DNA of 63,945 nt, the filler included, from Octopus bimaculoides (Eukaryota): the NCBI RefSeq assembly GCF_001194135.2. It is 3 parts of 3 records of this genome, joined end to end, with 100 filler letters (N's around TTAATTAATTAA, not from the genome) between each part and the next. Parts side by side here need not be neighbours in the genome. Positions count along the whole stretch, not along the records: positions 1 to 26,442 come from NC_068997.1; 2 more parts are not named here. One strand, given 5' to 3'. The position numbers and the translations under genes are program-made. Under the pieces are notes generated by a model. That model searched no databases. It was not told the DNA's origin and saw only the letters and a program-made list of their open reading frames with translations. Within the stretch, counting starts at the first letter, position 1. The number at the start of each line of letters is the position of its first letter. Shown one piece after another: positions 12,259 through 22,873 of the stretch.

Positions 12259-13429
12259 CTGAATAAAAAAGAAAAAGAAAGAAAGAAGGAAGTAAAAGGC
12301 AAAGAATATTCTACATTCATTGGGTTTTATTTTCTTTTATTTAGAAATTACAAAAGTCTATGAAAAAATATTGTGGAAAAGCTTTAAAGAAATTGCAAAT
12401 AAATATTTGGTTGAGAAACCTTTTGAAGAGAGGAAGTTAAANNNNNNNNNNNNNNNNNNNNNNNNNNNNNNNNNNNNNNNNNNNNNNNNNNNNNNNNNNT
12501 GCAAACAAGACATATTCTTTGCATTTTTATTAAGAAAACAACATTGTATTCATAAGACTGCTGGAAATGCGAATATAAACTAAAAAATGACCAAAAGTTT
12601 GCATAAATGGAATAAATTATTTTGCCAAAGAAAAGAAAAAATCTAATGTTTTGGACAAAACTCTTCATTAGATGAAGGCTGGCCCCTTCCTCATGGCAAA
12701 ATAATTTATTTTACTTGGACAGGTTTTTGGATTTACTATTTAATGATGCAGACTATCACTGGTTTTCTGGAACTCTGGTGTTTCACTTAAAAACTAGGTT
12801 GACCCCAGTGGAATTTAAAAAGGGGCTATGTAATTCTCCACACAAACACAAATATGTCCTGTGTCCTTTCATAGAAATGTGGTTACACTTTGTCTTTATA
12901 TATATCAAAAGTAAACAAGCATTGTGGAATCCAATTCTATTTAGGATACTCACTATGACCAGAAAGAATAAGGACCAAGATGGGGTGAAGAAAAAAATGG
13001 TTCAATTAGAATTAGGAAATGGTTCCAACCACTACTTTATAGAACTCTCATATCAGTAAACAACAGAAATAGGGGATAAGATAGGGAGATAAAGCTCAAA
13101 ATATGGGGAAGGCATTTGGGAAACCATTGCAATGTTCCAGGAACATTCAGATACTGTTCCTTGAAAAACCAATAGAACTAACTATGTATTCATGGAGAAA
13201 TCAAGTAGAATTGGAGGGTATATCAGCCGAAACGTGTTAACAACAAACAAAATGAGGACAAATATCCGTCAAATGTAAATAATGTAAATAATGTAGAATT
13301 GATTTCTCGCAAAGACCAAGACCTTTGGCATTATGCTGTGTTTGAGAAAAAGACCCATTGTGCTAGGCAAAATTGTTGCAGATACTGGTGTCATGCAAAT
13401 TAGCACGTGAACACACCACAATGTCATGC

Positions 13430-13612
13430 AAATGGCACCTGTACCAGTGGCATGTAAAAAGCACCCACTACACTCTTGGAGTGGTTAACGTTAGGAAGGG
13501 CACCCAGCCGTAGAAACCATGCCAAATCAGAGTGGAACCTGCCAACGCAGTCAAACCGTCTAACCCATACCAGCATGGACAATGGACATTAAATGATGAT
13601 GATGAACTAGTT
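13430..13612 (+). mobile_element. Repeat family C (ggaagggcatccagcc...gttaaatgatgatgat tail)
   Basis: Homologous to 14095-14328 and to the reverse-oriented copies at 16885-17100, 20652-20840 and 26385-26442. (GAT)n tail like the RTE LINE at 33.6 kb. Confidence 0.75.
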
Positions 13613-13898
13613 TCTGATGACAAAGTAGAAAGCCTACTATTTAGAGAAGTAGCATAGTCATAGGACTTGACCATAGTATAACTGGTATTTACTTTTTTTT
13701 CTTTTTATCTTAATGACTTAGCAGGGATTTCCAATAAAATCTGGACTTGGAACGTTAAAGTAACAAAGTGGATATTGCAAAAGATCCAGCTTCACATTCT
13801 TCTCTCTTAATTATTCAATCATAAAATTGTAAAGATAATTTATAATTAACAGTTTAATTATAACGAAAACAGTGAGACTGAAAGAAATATCAACTTAC

Positions 13899-14001
13899 TG
13901 TCATCGTTAACATCATTGGTTCAATTCCTTTCATTGTCTCGACATTGAAAGGATCGTAGTCCTCAGCCCTCATACATTCCGGTTGTAATATATAACCACA
14001 T
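13899..14001 (-). CDS. PLCG: PLC-gamma exon G (CGYILQPECMRAEDYDPFNVETMKGIEPMMLTMT)
   Basis: CGYxLQP end of Y-box. TTTTTCAG acceptor, GTAAGT donor, phases consistent. Confidence 0.95.
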
Positions 14002-14094
14002 CTGAAAAACAACAAACAATTTTCTAAATGCAACAAGCAATCAATGGAAACAAACCATGGCATAAGCTTATATACATACACTGTTACAAGGTGT

Positions 14095-14328
14095 ACTGGC
14101 ACCACGTAAAAAGCATCTGTACCACATAAGAAGCCTCTGCGTTGACTCCACATAAAAGGCACCCAATATACACTCTGTGAAGTGGTTGGCATTAAGAAGG
14201 GCATCCAGCCATAGAAACCGTGCCAAAACAGACAACTGGGGCTTGGTGCAGCTCTCTGGCTTGCCAGTTCCTTGACAAATTGTCCGATCCATGCCAGCAT
14301 GGAAAACAGACGTTAAATGATGATGATG
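14095..14328 (+). mobile_element. Repeat family C copy
   Basis: ...ggttggcattaagaagggcatccagccatagaaacc...catgccagcatggaaaacagacgttaaatgatgatgat. Confidence 0.75.
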
Positions 14329-15627
14329 AGACACAATGTAGTTAAGATACTGGATTTGCTCTCATATGCTACGACATGAGATAGGAAGTGCAAGATTTAA
14401 GCTCTTTGAGAGTATGCATCAGAAAACAGTATTGTGTCTACAAGATGCTAATGTAAGAGGTATATGGGATGTGCAGCATGTCAGACGTTGCTCACATTTC
14501 CCTTTGTCAAATGCTCTGCAGCAGTACAAAAAGTTAATAACATTGTTGAAGTGTAGTAACACGGGGAGAGGAAACTCCAGTGATTAAGTATAATTCAAAC
14601 GTTACAGTCAATGAAATGAGTACATATTTATTAGTATGATATATAGCAGAGCCATTACAGCGTCAAAGATCCATTTTAAACGGAAACTGTTAAATTTATG
14701 TTTCATGAAAGGTTAAAATCTTCATGAAATAAATGGGTAGAGCAATCAGCCTCGTTTGGCTGAACTAACGGACATTTTACATATTGTCGAGATTTTAAAA
14801 ACATTTTAGTATTTTAATAGAAGTAAAACTTTACGATGGTTGGATGGTTGTTAAATGTACAAATGAAATAACAGGCAAAAAAAAAAAAAAAAAAAAAAAA
14901 AAGTTGCATATAAAGGGAGACAACTACGATCAGCACGAGCTGATTCAATATTTATCAATTGCAAAATTTAATGTTTAAAAGCAAAACATATTTAAGAGCG
15001 AAGTAATATAAGCTATTGTTTGAATAATGGGGGAAATATGTTCAGTGTTGTCTTCCAGACTTGAAAAAACTGTCAAAAGTATCTTAGTTCTGCTATTATT
15101 ATTTTTCTCTCACAGCAATACATGTACATACGTTTTAAGCTTAGTGTCAAGTTATTGAGAATAATGAACAAAAAGACAAGTGCAAAAAAACTAGTTGATT
15201 GAAGTAACAAATGCACAAATCAATAATTAATTGTATTTAAAGAAAATATTCAGATTTCAGAATATTGGTTAAAGGAAAAACGTTAAGTTGATACGTCTTA
15301 TTAATTAAAATATTCATTCTTTAATCAAAATATGGCGTACTGTCATCTCACATTATGAGCAAATGCACGTGAGTGAAAGGGAGAGAGAGATATGTTAACA
15401 ACTTTAAAAAGTTATTTTTAAATCTGGTACACACTCAAACCTGATATGTCTACTGAATCAGGGGGATGAGCTATTGTGAATTAAGACTCTTATCCCACAG
15501 ATATATTACAGTACTTGTGGCAGGATTTTGAACTTGCAGCCATTGGCTGCTGAACCAACCACCTTATCAACGTGGCTACGCACATCAGCAAAGTACAAAA
15601 GAATGTGTAAAATAAAACATGACTTAC

Positions 15628-15798
15628 TGGCCGTTCATGGCAAACCGGCTGTGATGTAAATGCATGCTTCGGTCTCCAGTCTGATAATTTAGGGCAAGCA
15701 TTTGGGATCCACAGCACCACATTGGAACAGGATAGAAATTGGAGGAGTCAACCCGGTGCCGTCCTGGATAGATTCGGCTAAGTTGATTTCTGTTATAT
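15628..15798 (-). CDS. PLCG: PLC-gamma exon F (Y-box: YNRNQLSRIYPGRHRVDSSNFYPVPMWCCGSQMLALNYQTGDRSMHLHHSRFAMNGQ)
   Basis: Canonical PI-PLC Y-box motifs QLSRIYP, RVDSSN, ALNxQT. AC acceptor and GTAAGT donor. Confidence 0.96.
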
Positions 15799-15944
15799 GT
15801 GAACAAGCAGTCAAGGTAATTTAATCAGAAGGGAACATATTGTAACTACCATAACCAAAGCAGACGCATATATATTTTTTTTAATGGAAAATTACTAAAA
15901 CGGAGCATTGTTTTGAAGGGTTTACTTGAATAAATGTACTTATT

Positions 15945-16205
15945 CAGTGGGTCTCTTTTGGCAAACCACTAAGTTATGGCAACGTAAATAAACCAACACT
16001 TATTGTCAAGTGCTAGGAGTGACAAATGCAAAGACACACACATAGAATGGACATTCACACAATTTCTGTCAACCAAATTCACTCCCAAGGCATTGGTTGG
16101 CCTGGGGCTAAAGCAGAAGGCATTTGCCCAAGGTGTCACACAGTGAGACTAAACCAGGAACGACAAGGTTGGAAAAACAGCCTCCTTAACCACACAGCCA
16201 TCATA
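15945..16205 (-). mobile_element. SINE family B, degenerate copy inside the U12 intron
   Basis: aaaccactaagttatggcaacgtaaataaaccaacac...ccaaattcactcccaaggc...ttgcccaaggtgtcacacagtgagact...ccacacagcc. Confidence 0.65.
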
Positions 16206-16214
16206 CCTGTATAA

Positions 16215-16295
<81 letters not shown>

Positions 16296-16373
16296 NNNNN
16301 NNNNNNNNNNNNNNNNNNNNNNNNNNNNNNNNNNNNNNNNNNNNNNNNNNNNNNNNNNNNNNNNNNNNNNNNN

Positions 16374-16439
<66 letters not shown>

Positions 16440-16444
<5 letters not shown>

Positions 16445-16657
16445 TTCTATATTTGAGAGACGAGGAATTATGTACATTATTTACATTTGACAGATATTTG
16501 TCCTCTTCTTGTTTGTTGTTAACACAACATTTCAGCTTTCATCAGGTGTCTTGGGGAAATTTCGAACCTGGATTCTCATTCCTAAGGTATTTTTCGATGT
16601 CATTATTATTATCATTATTATTATCATTTTTATTATTACTCAGGTCACTGCTTAGAA
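16440..16657 (-). mobile_element. SINE family D partial copy, inverted relative to the adjacent 16661-16885 copy
   Basis: Reverse complement of the body and tail of 8113-8340. Contains gacacCTGATGAaagctGAAAtGTTgtgtt on the minus strand. Confidence 0.8.
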
Positions 16658-16660
16658 TTG

Positions 16661-16885
16661 GGGGCATATAGCTTAGTGGTTAAGAGCGCGGGTTACTAAC
16701 CCCCAAGATTCCGAGTTCGATTCCAAGCAGTGATCTGAATAATAATAATATCGAAAAATACCTTAGGAATGAAAACCCAGGTTCGAAATTTCCTCAAAAC
16801 ACTTGATGAAGGCGGGAGAGTATATCAACCGAAACGTGTTAACAAGAAACAAGATGAGGACAAATATCTGTCAATTGTAAATAAT
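16661..16885 (+). mobile_element. SINE family D copy with tRNA-like head
   Basis: ggggcatatagcttagtggttaag...gagttcgattcc head, then ataccttaggaatg...ggttcgaaatttcc body and ttgatgaaggc...ccgaaacgtgtt module. Confidence 0.8.
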
Positions 16886-17330
16886 CATCATCATCATCAT
16901 CATCGTTTAACATCCGCTTTCCATGCTGGCATGGGTTGGACGATTTGACTGAGGACTGGTGAAACCAGATGGCTGCACCAGGTTCCAATCTGATCTGGCA
17001 GAGTTTCTACAGCTGGATGCCCTTCCGAACGCCAACCACTCTGAGAGTGTAGTGGGTGCTTTTACGTGCCACCGGCACAAGGGCCAGTCAGGTGGTACTA
17101 GCAATGGCCAGGCTCAAGTGGTGTTTGAGCCAGTCCAGCAGCACTGGCAATGACCTCGCCCGAATGTTATTTTCACCTGCCACCAGCACAGTAAGGCGAT
17201 GCTGATAATGATCGTGCTCGAATGGAGCTTTTTACGTGCCACCGGCACGGAAGCCAGCCAGCTGCTCTGGCTGCCATCACACTCGGATGGTGCTCTTAGC
17301 GTTCCACTGGCACGGCTGCCAGTCATTGAA
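16885..17330 (-). mobile_element. Repeat family C copy (long), inside the U12 intron
   Basis: Plus strand begins with (CAT)n then gtttaacatccgctttccatgctggcatgggttggac...ggatgcccttcc. Confidence 0.75.
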
Positions 17331-17344
17331 TTTGTGAATTTGAT

Positions 17345-17597
17345 TGCTATGATGAAGAGGACGATGAAGACAATGATGAAGGGGACGACGATGATGAAGG
17401 GGACAATGATGACGAAGAGGACGACAATGACAAAGAGGATGACGATGACGAAGTCGATGACGATGACGAAGAGGATGACTATGATGAAGAGGATGACAAT
17501 GACAAAGAGGATGATAAAGAGGACGACAATGATGAAGAGGATGGCAATAATGAAGAGGATGATGATGACGAAGTGGATGACGATGAGATGATGATTT
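17345..17597 (+). repeat. Degenerate (GAT/GAC/GAA)n triplet repeat abutting the U12 donor
   Basis: Triplet-periodic gatgaagaggacgatg... tract. Confidence 0.8.
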
Positions 17598-17612
17598 CAT
17601 AGTAAAGGATAT

Positions 17613-17697
17613 TTGGCAAATAATTTTGCTTCTTTCTTGGTCATCTTCTCAGCTTTTGTTTCCGGCAGGGAAGACATTTCATAGTAATTACCAAATT
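17613..17697 (-). CDS. PLCG: PLC-gamma exon E (Y-box: KFGNYYEMSSLPETKAEKMTKKEAKLFAK), absent from the ORF track
   Basis: Manual translation gives the MSSxPETKAEK motif. TTCACTTCAG acceptor. Ends at the non-canonical donor ATATCCTTT. Confidence 0.92.
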
Positions 17698-18785
17698 CTG
17701 AAGTGAAACAGAAATAAAATTAACAAACAAAAACAGTTCACAGAATCCTACCTGCAACGTTTAAGTCAATGATATACAAATTTACAAAAGAGGGAAAGAA
17801 CCTTTTTTTTTCAAATCAACAGACTTTCATTATAATATCTTTTTACAACCACTACAAGGTCTCACTAAGAGACACTGCATCATCATTCAGTCGGTTCTCA
17901 TGTTATCTCGCAGACTATCCACTCATGCCCAACCCTATAACACTCAAATCTCCACCTGATCACACTTATTCAGTGTCTTACTCCTCAGCTGATCATTTTG
18001 TCTTATCCTTCCACCCCAAAATGACAATCCTCTGAAACTCTTTCCATAAATCTGATCAGATTCTTGCTGCCATGCTACCACCTTCTTCATAAAACCATTC
18101 ACAAAAAAAAACCGATGGTCTGTAAACTCAAATGTTATGCCACTGCAATCATATCTATAGATACATTGATGGGTTACATCAATGTTGTTGTTGATATTGC
18201 TATTTCTTGGAATGTATCAAACTCTGAAAAATTTTACGAGCAGCTGGAATGGTAATATTATGGTACTATATATATGTGGCCAAAAATTAACTTCATTCTT
18301 TGTGATTGACAACGGAAAAAACTTTATATTCATGAGTGAAGGGAGGGGCTGTACTGTTCACAAGTTCTCTTCACAACCAGGTAACTTCAGGTTTGATTCC
18401 ACTCTGGGGTAACTTGGATCATGTGTCTTTCACTTTCACTTTGGACATTGTCCTGTGAGTGAAATGCAGCAGAAACCTACTTTGTGTGTGTGTGTATTCT
18501 GATGTAATTTGATGTACACAGCACCTAGTCACATTCAAATCAGTAAAGAGAAGTTAACTATAATGGGACATAATTCGGGTGAACTCAGCTACTCAATAAA
18601 TAAAACCATTAAAAGCAGTGCTCCAGCATGGCTGTAGTTAAGACTAAAACAAATGACAGGACAAACAAGTGAAGGACGAAAAGTAAAGTTGACCTTGGTG
18701 TAATTTGAACTCAAAACATGAAGACAGATGGAATGCTGCTAACGATTCTGCCAGCTCACTACCTTTACTACTACTGCTAATAAAA

Positions 18786-18822
<37 letters not shown>

Positions 18823-18825
18823 GAC

Positions 18826-18913
18826 TGTAAGGAACAGCTTGACAGTAGACAATGAGGTCAGAAAATTCCTGAGCAATATGTTTGGTTCGTTCTAATTGCA
18901 ATCCATGATTTAC
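18826..18913 (-). CDS. PLCG: PLC-gamma exon D (start of Y-box: VNHGLQLERTKHIAQEFSDLIVYCQAVPY)
   Basis: IAxExSxLxVYCxxVP motif of the PLC Y domain. CAG acceptor and GTCAGT donor. Confidence 0.92.
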
Positions 18914-19111
18914 CTGTGAAGTAAAATATATAGTATCAGTAAAAAAAGTATCAAATGCCTCACAAATAGTTAATAAAACACAGCAGACATTTCCAAACTG
19001 TGTGGCCCTTAGGGCCAACAGATGTGCCAGGAGTTTGGGAAGTGAATCAGAAAATGCTGGCGTGTTTAGAAAACTGAAACGTTTTGATTTGAATGCATCA
19101 GTGTGTGAGTG

Positions 19112-19142
<31 letters not shown>

Positions 19143-19760
19143 GGGGTGTGGTGAATAAATTGTCATCTGAATGACACAAAAATGAAAATAACTCTGACAT
19201 CTCATTTTAACAGATATATTTACCAAAATTATATAAAAACATCTTGAAATACTAAACAGTAAATATATTCAATAAAATCGCCTCCAGACGACTTCAGAAT
19301 CTCCTGCAACTCTTCTGGGCAGTCTCCTTGTTTAAGTTGGTGAATGCTGCCATAATCCTTGCCTTCAGTTCATCTTTGGTGTTTAGTTGGTCTCTCACTT
19401 AACTGTACCCCACACATAATAATTAAGGGGGTTGCAGTCTGGGGAGTTGGGTGGCCAGATGTTAGAGATATTCTCTGTCTCAACCAGAATACTAATTTTA
19501 CAAAAGTGCAACTTTCTCCCAAAGACGTACAAGAACGGAAATGGTCGACTACCTCCCTTTCAGTGTCCTCACAGGGTACCAGACACCAGCGCAGAATTTC
19601 TGAGTTCTTGTACAAGTGCCAGATAAACATTGGTACAACCCTGAGTTGATCCATCCTTTTCATAGGATTGGTTTTGTGGACTGTAAGGTTTCTAATCACA
19701 CTCCTCATCAGGTAAGCCTAATGGAGGTAGGAGCACAGTTTAGTTGCCAATGAGCTGACC
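19143..19760 (-). mobile_element. Tc1/mariner-superfamily transposon remnant (transposase C-terminus)
   Basis: Minus strand translates IWPPNSPDCNPLNYYVWGTVK* and TKDELKARIMAAFTNLNKETAQKSCRRF*SRLEA. WPPxSPDxNPLD is the catalytic-end motif. In-frame stops present. Confidence 0.85.
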
Positions 19761-19906
19761 ATGTGACAGGTTATTCTGGATTACATGACGTCAGCAGTGG
19801 TCATTAACATGTAGCCTGCCACAAGATATCGATATGATCTGTTTCTATTTGCCAAAAGCGTTCTATTAACTTTCTCAAATCAGAAAGCTGAAATATTTTG
19901 TGTGGT

Positions 19907-20245
19907 GGTATACAGGTACATAGTACATGTAATTACAGGTATACAGGTATACAGGTACATAGTACATGTAATTACAGGTATACAGGTACATAGTACATGT
20001 AATTACAGGTATACAGGTACATAGTACATGAAATTACAGGTATACAGGTATACAGGTACATAGTACATGTAATTACAGGTATACAGGTACATAGTACATG
20101 TAATTACAGGTATACAGGTATGCAGGTACATAGTACATGAAATTACAGGTATACAGGTACATAGTACATGTAATTACAGGTATACAGGTATGCAGGTACA
20201 TAGTACATGAAATTACAGGTACACAGGTACATAGTACATGTATTT
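19907..20245 (+). repeat. Minisatellite: 23-bp core tacaggtacatagtacatgtaat plus 1-2 copies of tacaggta, about 10 units
   Basis: Read directly from sequence. Near-perfect units of 31 or 39 bp. Confidence 0.92.
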
Positions 20246-20651
20246 ACACTACAATGACGTGGTATGAGTTATCTCGTAGCAATGCAAAATGCTCAGATTG
20301 GTTTGCTATGAAAGCTTTGAGGGGATGTTATTCATTATTTGACTATGTCTCTTCATTGTATAATGTTTTCTTTATTTTTTCAGATTTACATACCTGGCAA
20401 AATTGTATAGATTGCCAACTACGAAATAACTTGTAGTTGGTAGTCAACGTGTTAAGCAGAAGGAGAGACACAGATACACACACCAATTAATCACAAGCCT
20501 AGATATGCGAATAGCTTACAGTAATTGCAGCTGTGTACATATCCAAGAGATCAAATTCATTGTAATCCAAAGAGTAAATGTAAATACTAATTGTGAGACT
20601 GAAGAGTTTAGAGAATTGCATTCTTCTTACCAGAATCAAGATTAAATAATT

Positions 20652-20840
20652 CATCATCATCATCATCATCATTTAACGCCCGCTTTCTATGCTAGCATGG
20701 GTTAGACGATTTGACTGGGGACTGGCGAACCAGATGGCTACACCAGGCTCCAATCTGATCTGGCAGAGTTTCTACAGCTGGATGCCCTTCCTAATGCCAA
20801 CCACTCTGAGAGTGTAGTGGGTGCTTTTTATGTGCCACTG
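20652..20840 (-). mobile_element. Repeat family C copy
   Basis: (cat)n ttaacgcccgctttctatgctagcatggg...ggatgcccttcctaatgccaaccactctgagagtgtagtgggtgc. Confidence 0.8.
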
Positions 20841-20879
20841 TATACAAGATATAAAAGACGCAAGAAAAATTCCACATAC

Positions 20880-21028
20880 CCGTTCATTGGCAGAAGCGAT
20901 GCACTTGCTTATGGCACTGAACCATTCCACAAAGTCATTTGAAGTTTCACAACCAATTTCTAGTGGACTATTCTGGTAGCAATTATAAATTCTAAAGACA
21001 AACAGGTTGGTAGGACCAGTCACATTCT
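20880..21028 (-). CDS. PLCG: PLC-gamma exon C (C-terminal half of split PH: ENVTGPTNLFVFRIYNCYQNSPLEIGCETSNDFVEWFSAISKCIASANER)
   Basis: FVFRI...EW..AI PH helix pattern. CAG acceptor, GTATGT donor, frame continuous with flanking exons. Confidence 0.88.
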
Positions 21029-21406
21029 CTGTCAATAAATACAAACAGAAACACAAAATTTCAGGCTAAAAAAATAATAGTTTAAATACAGTGTTGTTGA
21101 TGTTGTTGTTGACAATATTTGAAGTCACAACATAAAGGGGTATATTTAAAGACTCCAAGACCCTAACTCTATACTATTTCTGAAAATCCTTCAAAGAAAG
21201 TGCCTCTATCTGATTACTTGACTTGCTAGTAATAGCAACCAATTTTCCTTTGAATTACCATAAGCAAATAAGGGAGCTTCTCAACTGACTTGGAGTTAAA
21301 CCAAAAAAGGAGTTAAACCAAAAGAAGAAAAAGAAAAGAATTTTAATGCCTTTTCAAGAGTGCCTTCCTGTCTTTGAAGAAAGAAAGGGAGAATGAGAGG
21401 CCTTAC

Positions 21407-21552
21407 CTATAATACTGTTCTTTAAATCTATGGATCCTTTCTGTAAAGAACCGAGATCAGAAGTGTCCCCTGCATCATCAGCACCATCAATTTCTTCAAC
21501 ATAATTGGCAGGGAACCAATGCTGTTTGTCAGTGCCATAATCCCCTCGCCAC
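21407..21552 (-). CDS. PLCG: PLC-gamma exon B (SH3 C-part WRGDYGTDKQHWFPANYVEEI, then DLGSLQKGSIDL of the split PH)
   Basis: Matches the PLC-gamma WWRGDYG...WFPxNYVEE and LGxLQKG motifs. CAG acceptor, GTAAGG donor, phases consistent with neighbours. Confidence 0.95.
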
Positions 21553-22239
21553 CTGAAACAATAAAAGATGAACATATTCCAGTGCTTCTCTCTTTCAGGT
21601 AATAAATTCCTGTTGGGGAAATTAATGGGATTTTGGCAATAATTGTTGCTGTTGTTTAGTTAGAAGTGTAGAAGCAGTCTGGTGGATGAAAGCGATGAGG
21701 TTCATGAAAATGTGAGTAGAAAGATTGCTTCAGAGAATTGTAATTTGGAAAGAGAGAGAGAGGGGGGGGTGAGGTGGAGTATTTAGTGAGAGGATTGTGA
21801 AATGAATTCCAATAAAGATGGCAATGGAAAGAAAGGTAGGTGCATCAGATGAGTTAAGAATTGGAAAATAAGAAGACGGAGGGAGGATAGCATATGTGGT
21901 GAGGTGGGATGTGGATGTAGTGCGCTGTTGAGTGAAGATCTGTTGATCAGCAGGGTGGCACCTGTTATGTTTTTATGTGGCAGTAACACTATCTTAGATA
22001 CGTGGTCAGCATTCAAATGCAGGTAATGCTTTAGAGACATTAGTAACTGAGCGGGGAAGCCAAAGAATTTTCTGGAAAACTTTTGGGGCATATGTCTATT
22101 TCTTCAATGCTGACCTGGGAATAAACAACCACTTTGTGTTAAAAATCTCAGGAACTGTTGTGTTACAGCCCCACCCAGTTGTTGTTGTTTGTTGTGATTG
22201 CATTCACTCACAACATTCACAAACAAGTCCAACTGATAG

Positions 22240-22385
22240 GTGCAAGTGTGGCTGTGTGCTAGGAAGCTTGCTTCCCAACGACATGGTTCTGGGTTCAGTC
22301 CCACCGTGTGGTATCTTGGGCAAGGCTGACCAAAAGTCTTGTGAGTGGATTTGGTAAATGGGAACTGAAAGAAACCTGTTGTGTG
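22240..22385 (+). mobile_element. SINE family B head
   Basis: gtggctgtgtgctaggaagcttgcttcccaac...ggttcagtcccacc...cttgggcaag...gtgagtggatttggtaaatgggaactgaaagaa. Confidence 0.75.
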
Positions 22386-22769
22386 TATACATACATACAT
22401 ACACACACACATATCTATATCTATATAGATATGTATATGTGTATGTATATATATATATATATATATACCTACCTATATATATATACGTGCGTATATACAC
22501 AAATACTTACATACACACACACACACTCACACATATATATACACAGGGTGCGATGGGTAAATTGTTACCATTTTGCATTTTTAATTTCATGCATGTGCAT
22601 TGTTTGTTTTTGAATTTGTTGACTACACAGTATAGTACGGTCAGTTGGGCATTGTCTGTGAGAAAAACAGCACCATGACGCAATTCATTCCCCCACCCCC
22701 ACAACCACACAGATAAATAGAAAGAGAGACAGACAAAGCTGCTGATAGTAAAGAAAAGGTGTCACTGAC

Positions 22770-22873
22770 CATCCCCCTTCTTGTTTATGGACATTATTCA
22801 CAATGGACCCTCTTCGGAATGACAATTCATCAGGTCGCTTGGCTTGGTAGTCTTGGATAGCTTTTACTTTCAC
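22770..22873 (-). CDS. PLCG: Phospholipase C-gamma exon A (SH3 domain N-part: [35 protein letters not shown])
   Basis: SH3 motif (ALxDY..DELSF..GW) resembling PLC-gamma. CAG acceptor at 22876-22874 and GTCAGT donor. Phase 2 end joins the next exon to give GGW-WRGDYG. Confidence 0.93.

Larger units (their letters stand above)
15799..17612 (-). other. U12-type (minor spliceosome) AT-AC intron, 1814 bp
   Basis: 5' end ATATCCTTTAC matches the U12 donor consensus. Branch site TACCTTGAC (15818-15810) sits about 12 nt from the terminal CAC. Splicing gives AA|A TAT AAC = K-Y-N and restores the frame into YNRNQLSRIYP. Confidence 0.9.

Noticed and set aside
17199-17600. M/T/K-rich, H-rich and D/E-rich ORFs suggesting a nested antisense gene
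   Set aside because: They are translations of a degenerate triplet repeat. The D/E frame has no upstream ATG or clear acceptor and is bounded by stops.
17698-17757. Extra acceptor TTGCAG|GTAGGA 54 nt upstream of exon E (alternative 3' site, microexon or recursive site)
   Set aside because: Using it gives S-R-I-L-stop. A microexon would be 10 nt with a 44-nt intron, and AG|GT occurs often by chance. The D-E junction is a few residues shorter than human PLCG1, so a missed microexon cannot be fully excluded.
19907-20245. CRISPR-like array
   Set aside because: Eukaryotic context, no unique spacers and no cas genes; it is a plain minisatellite.
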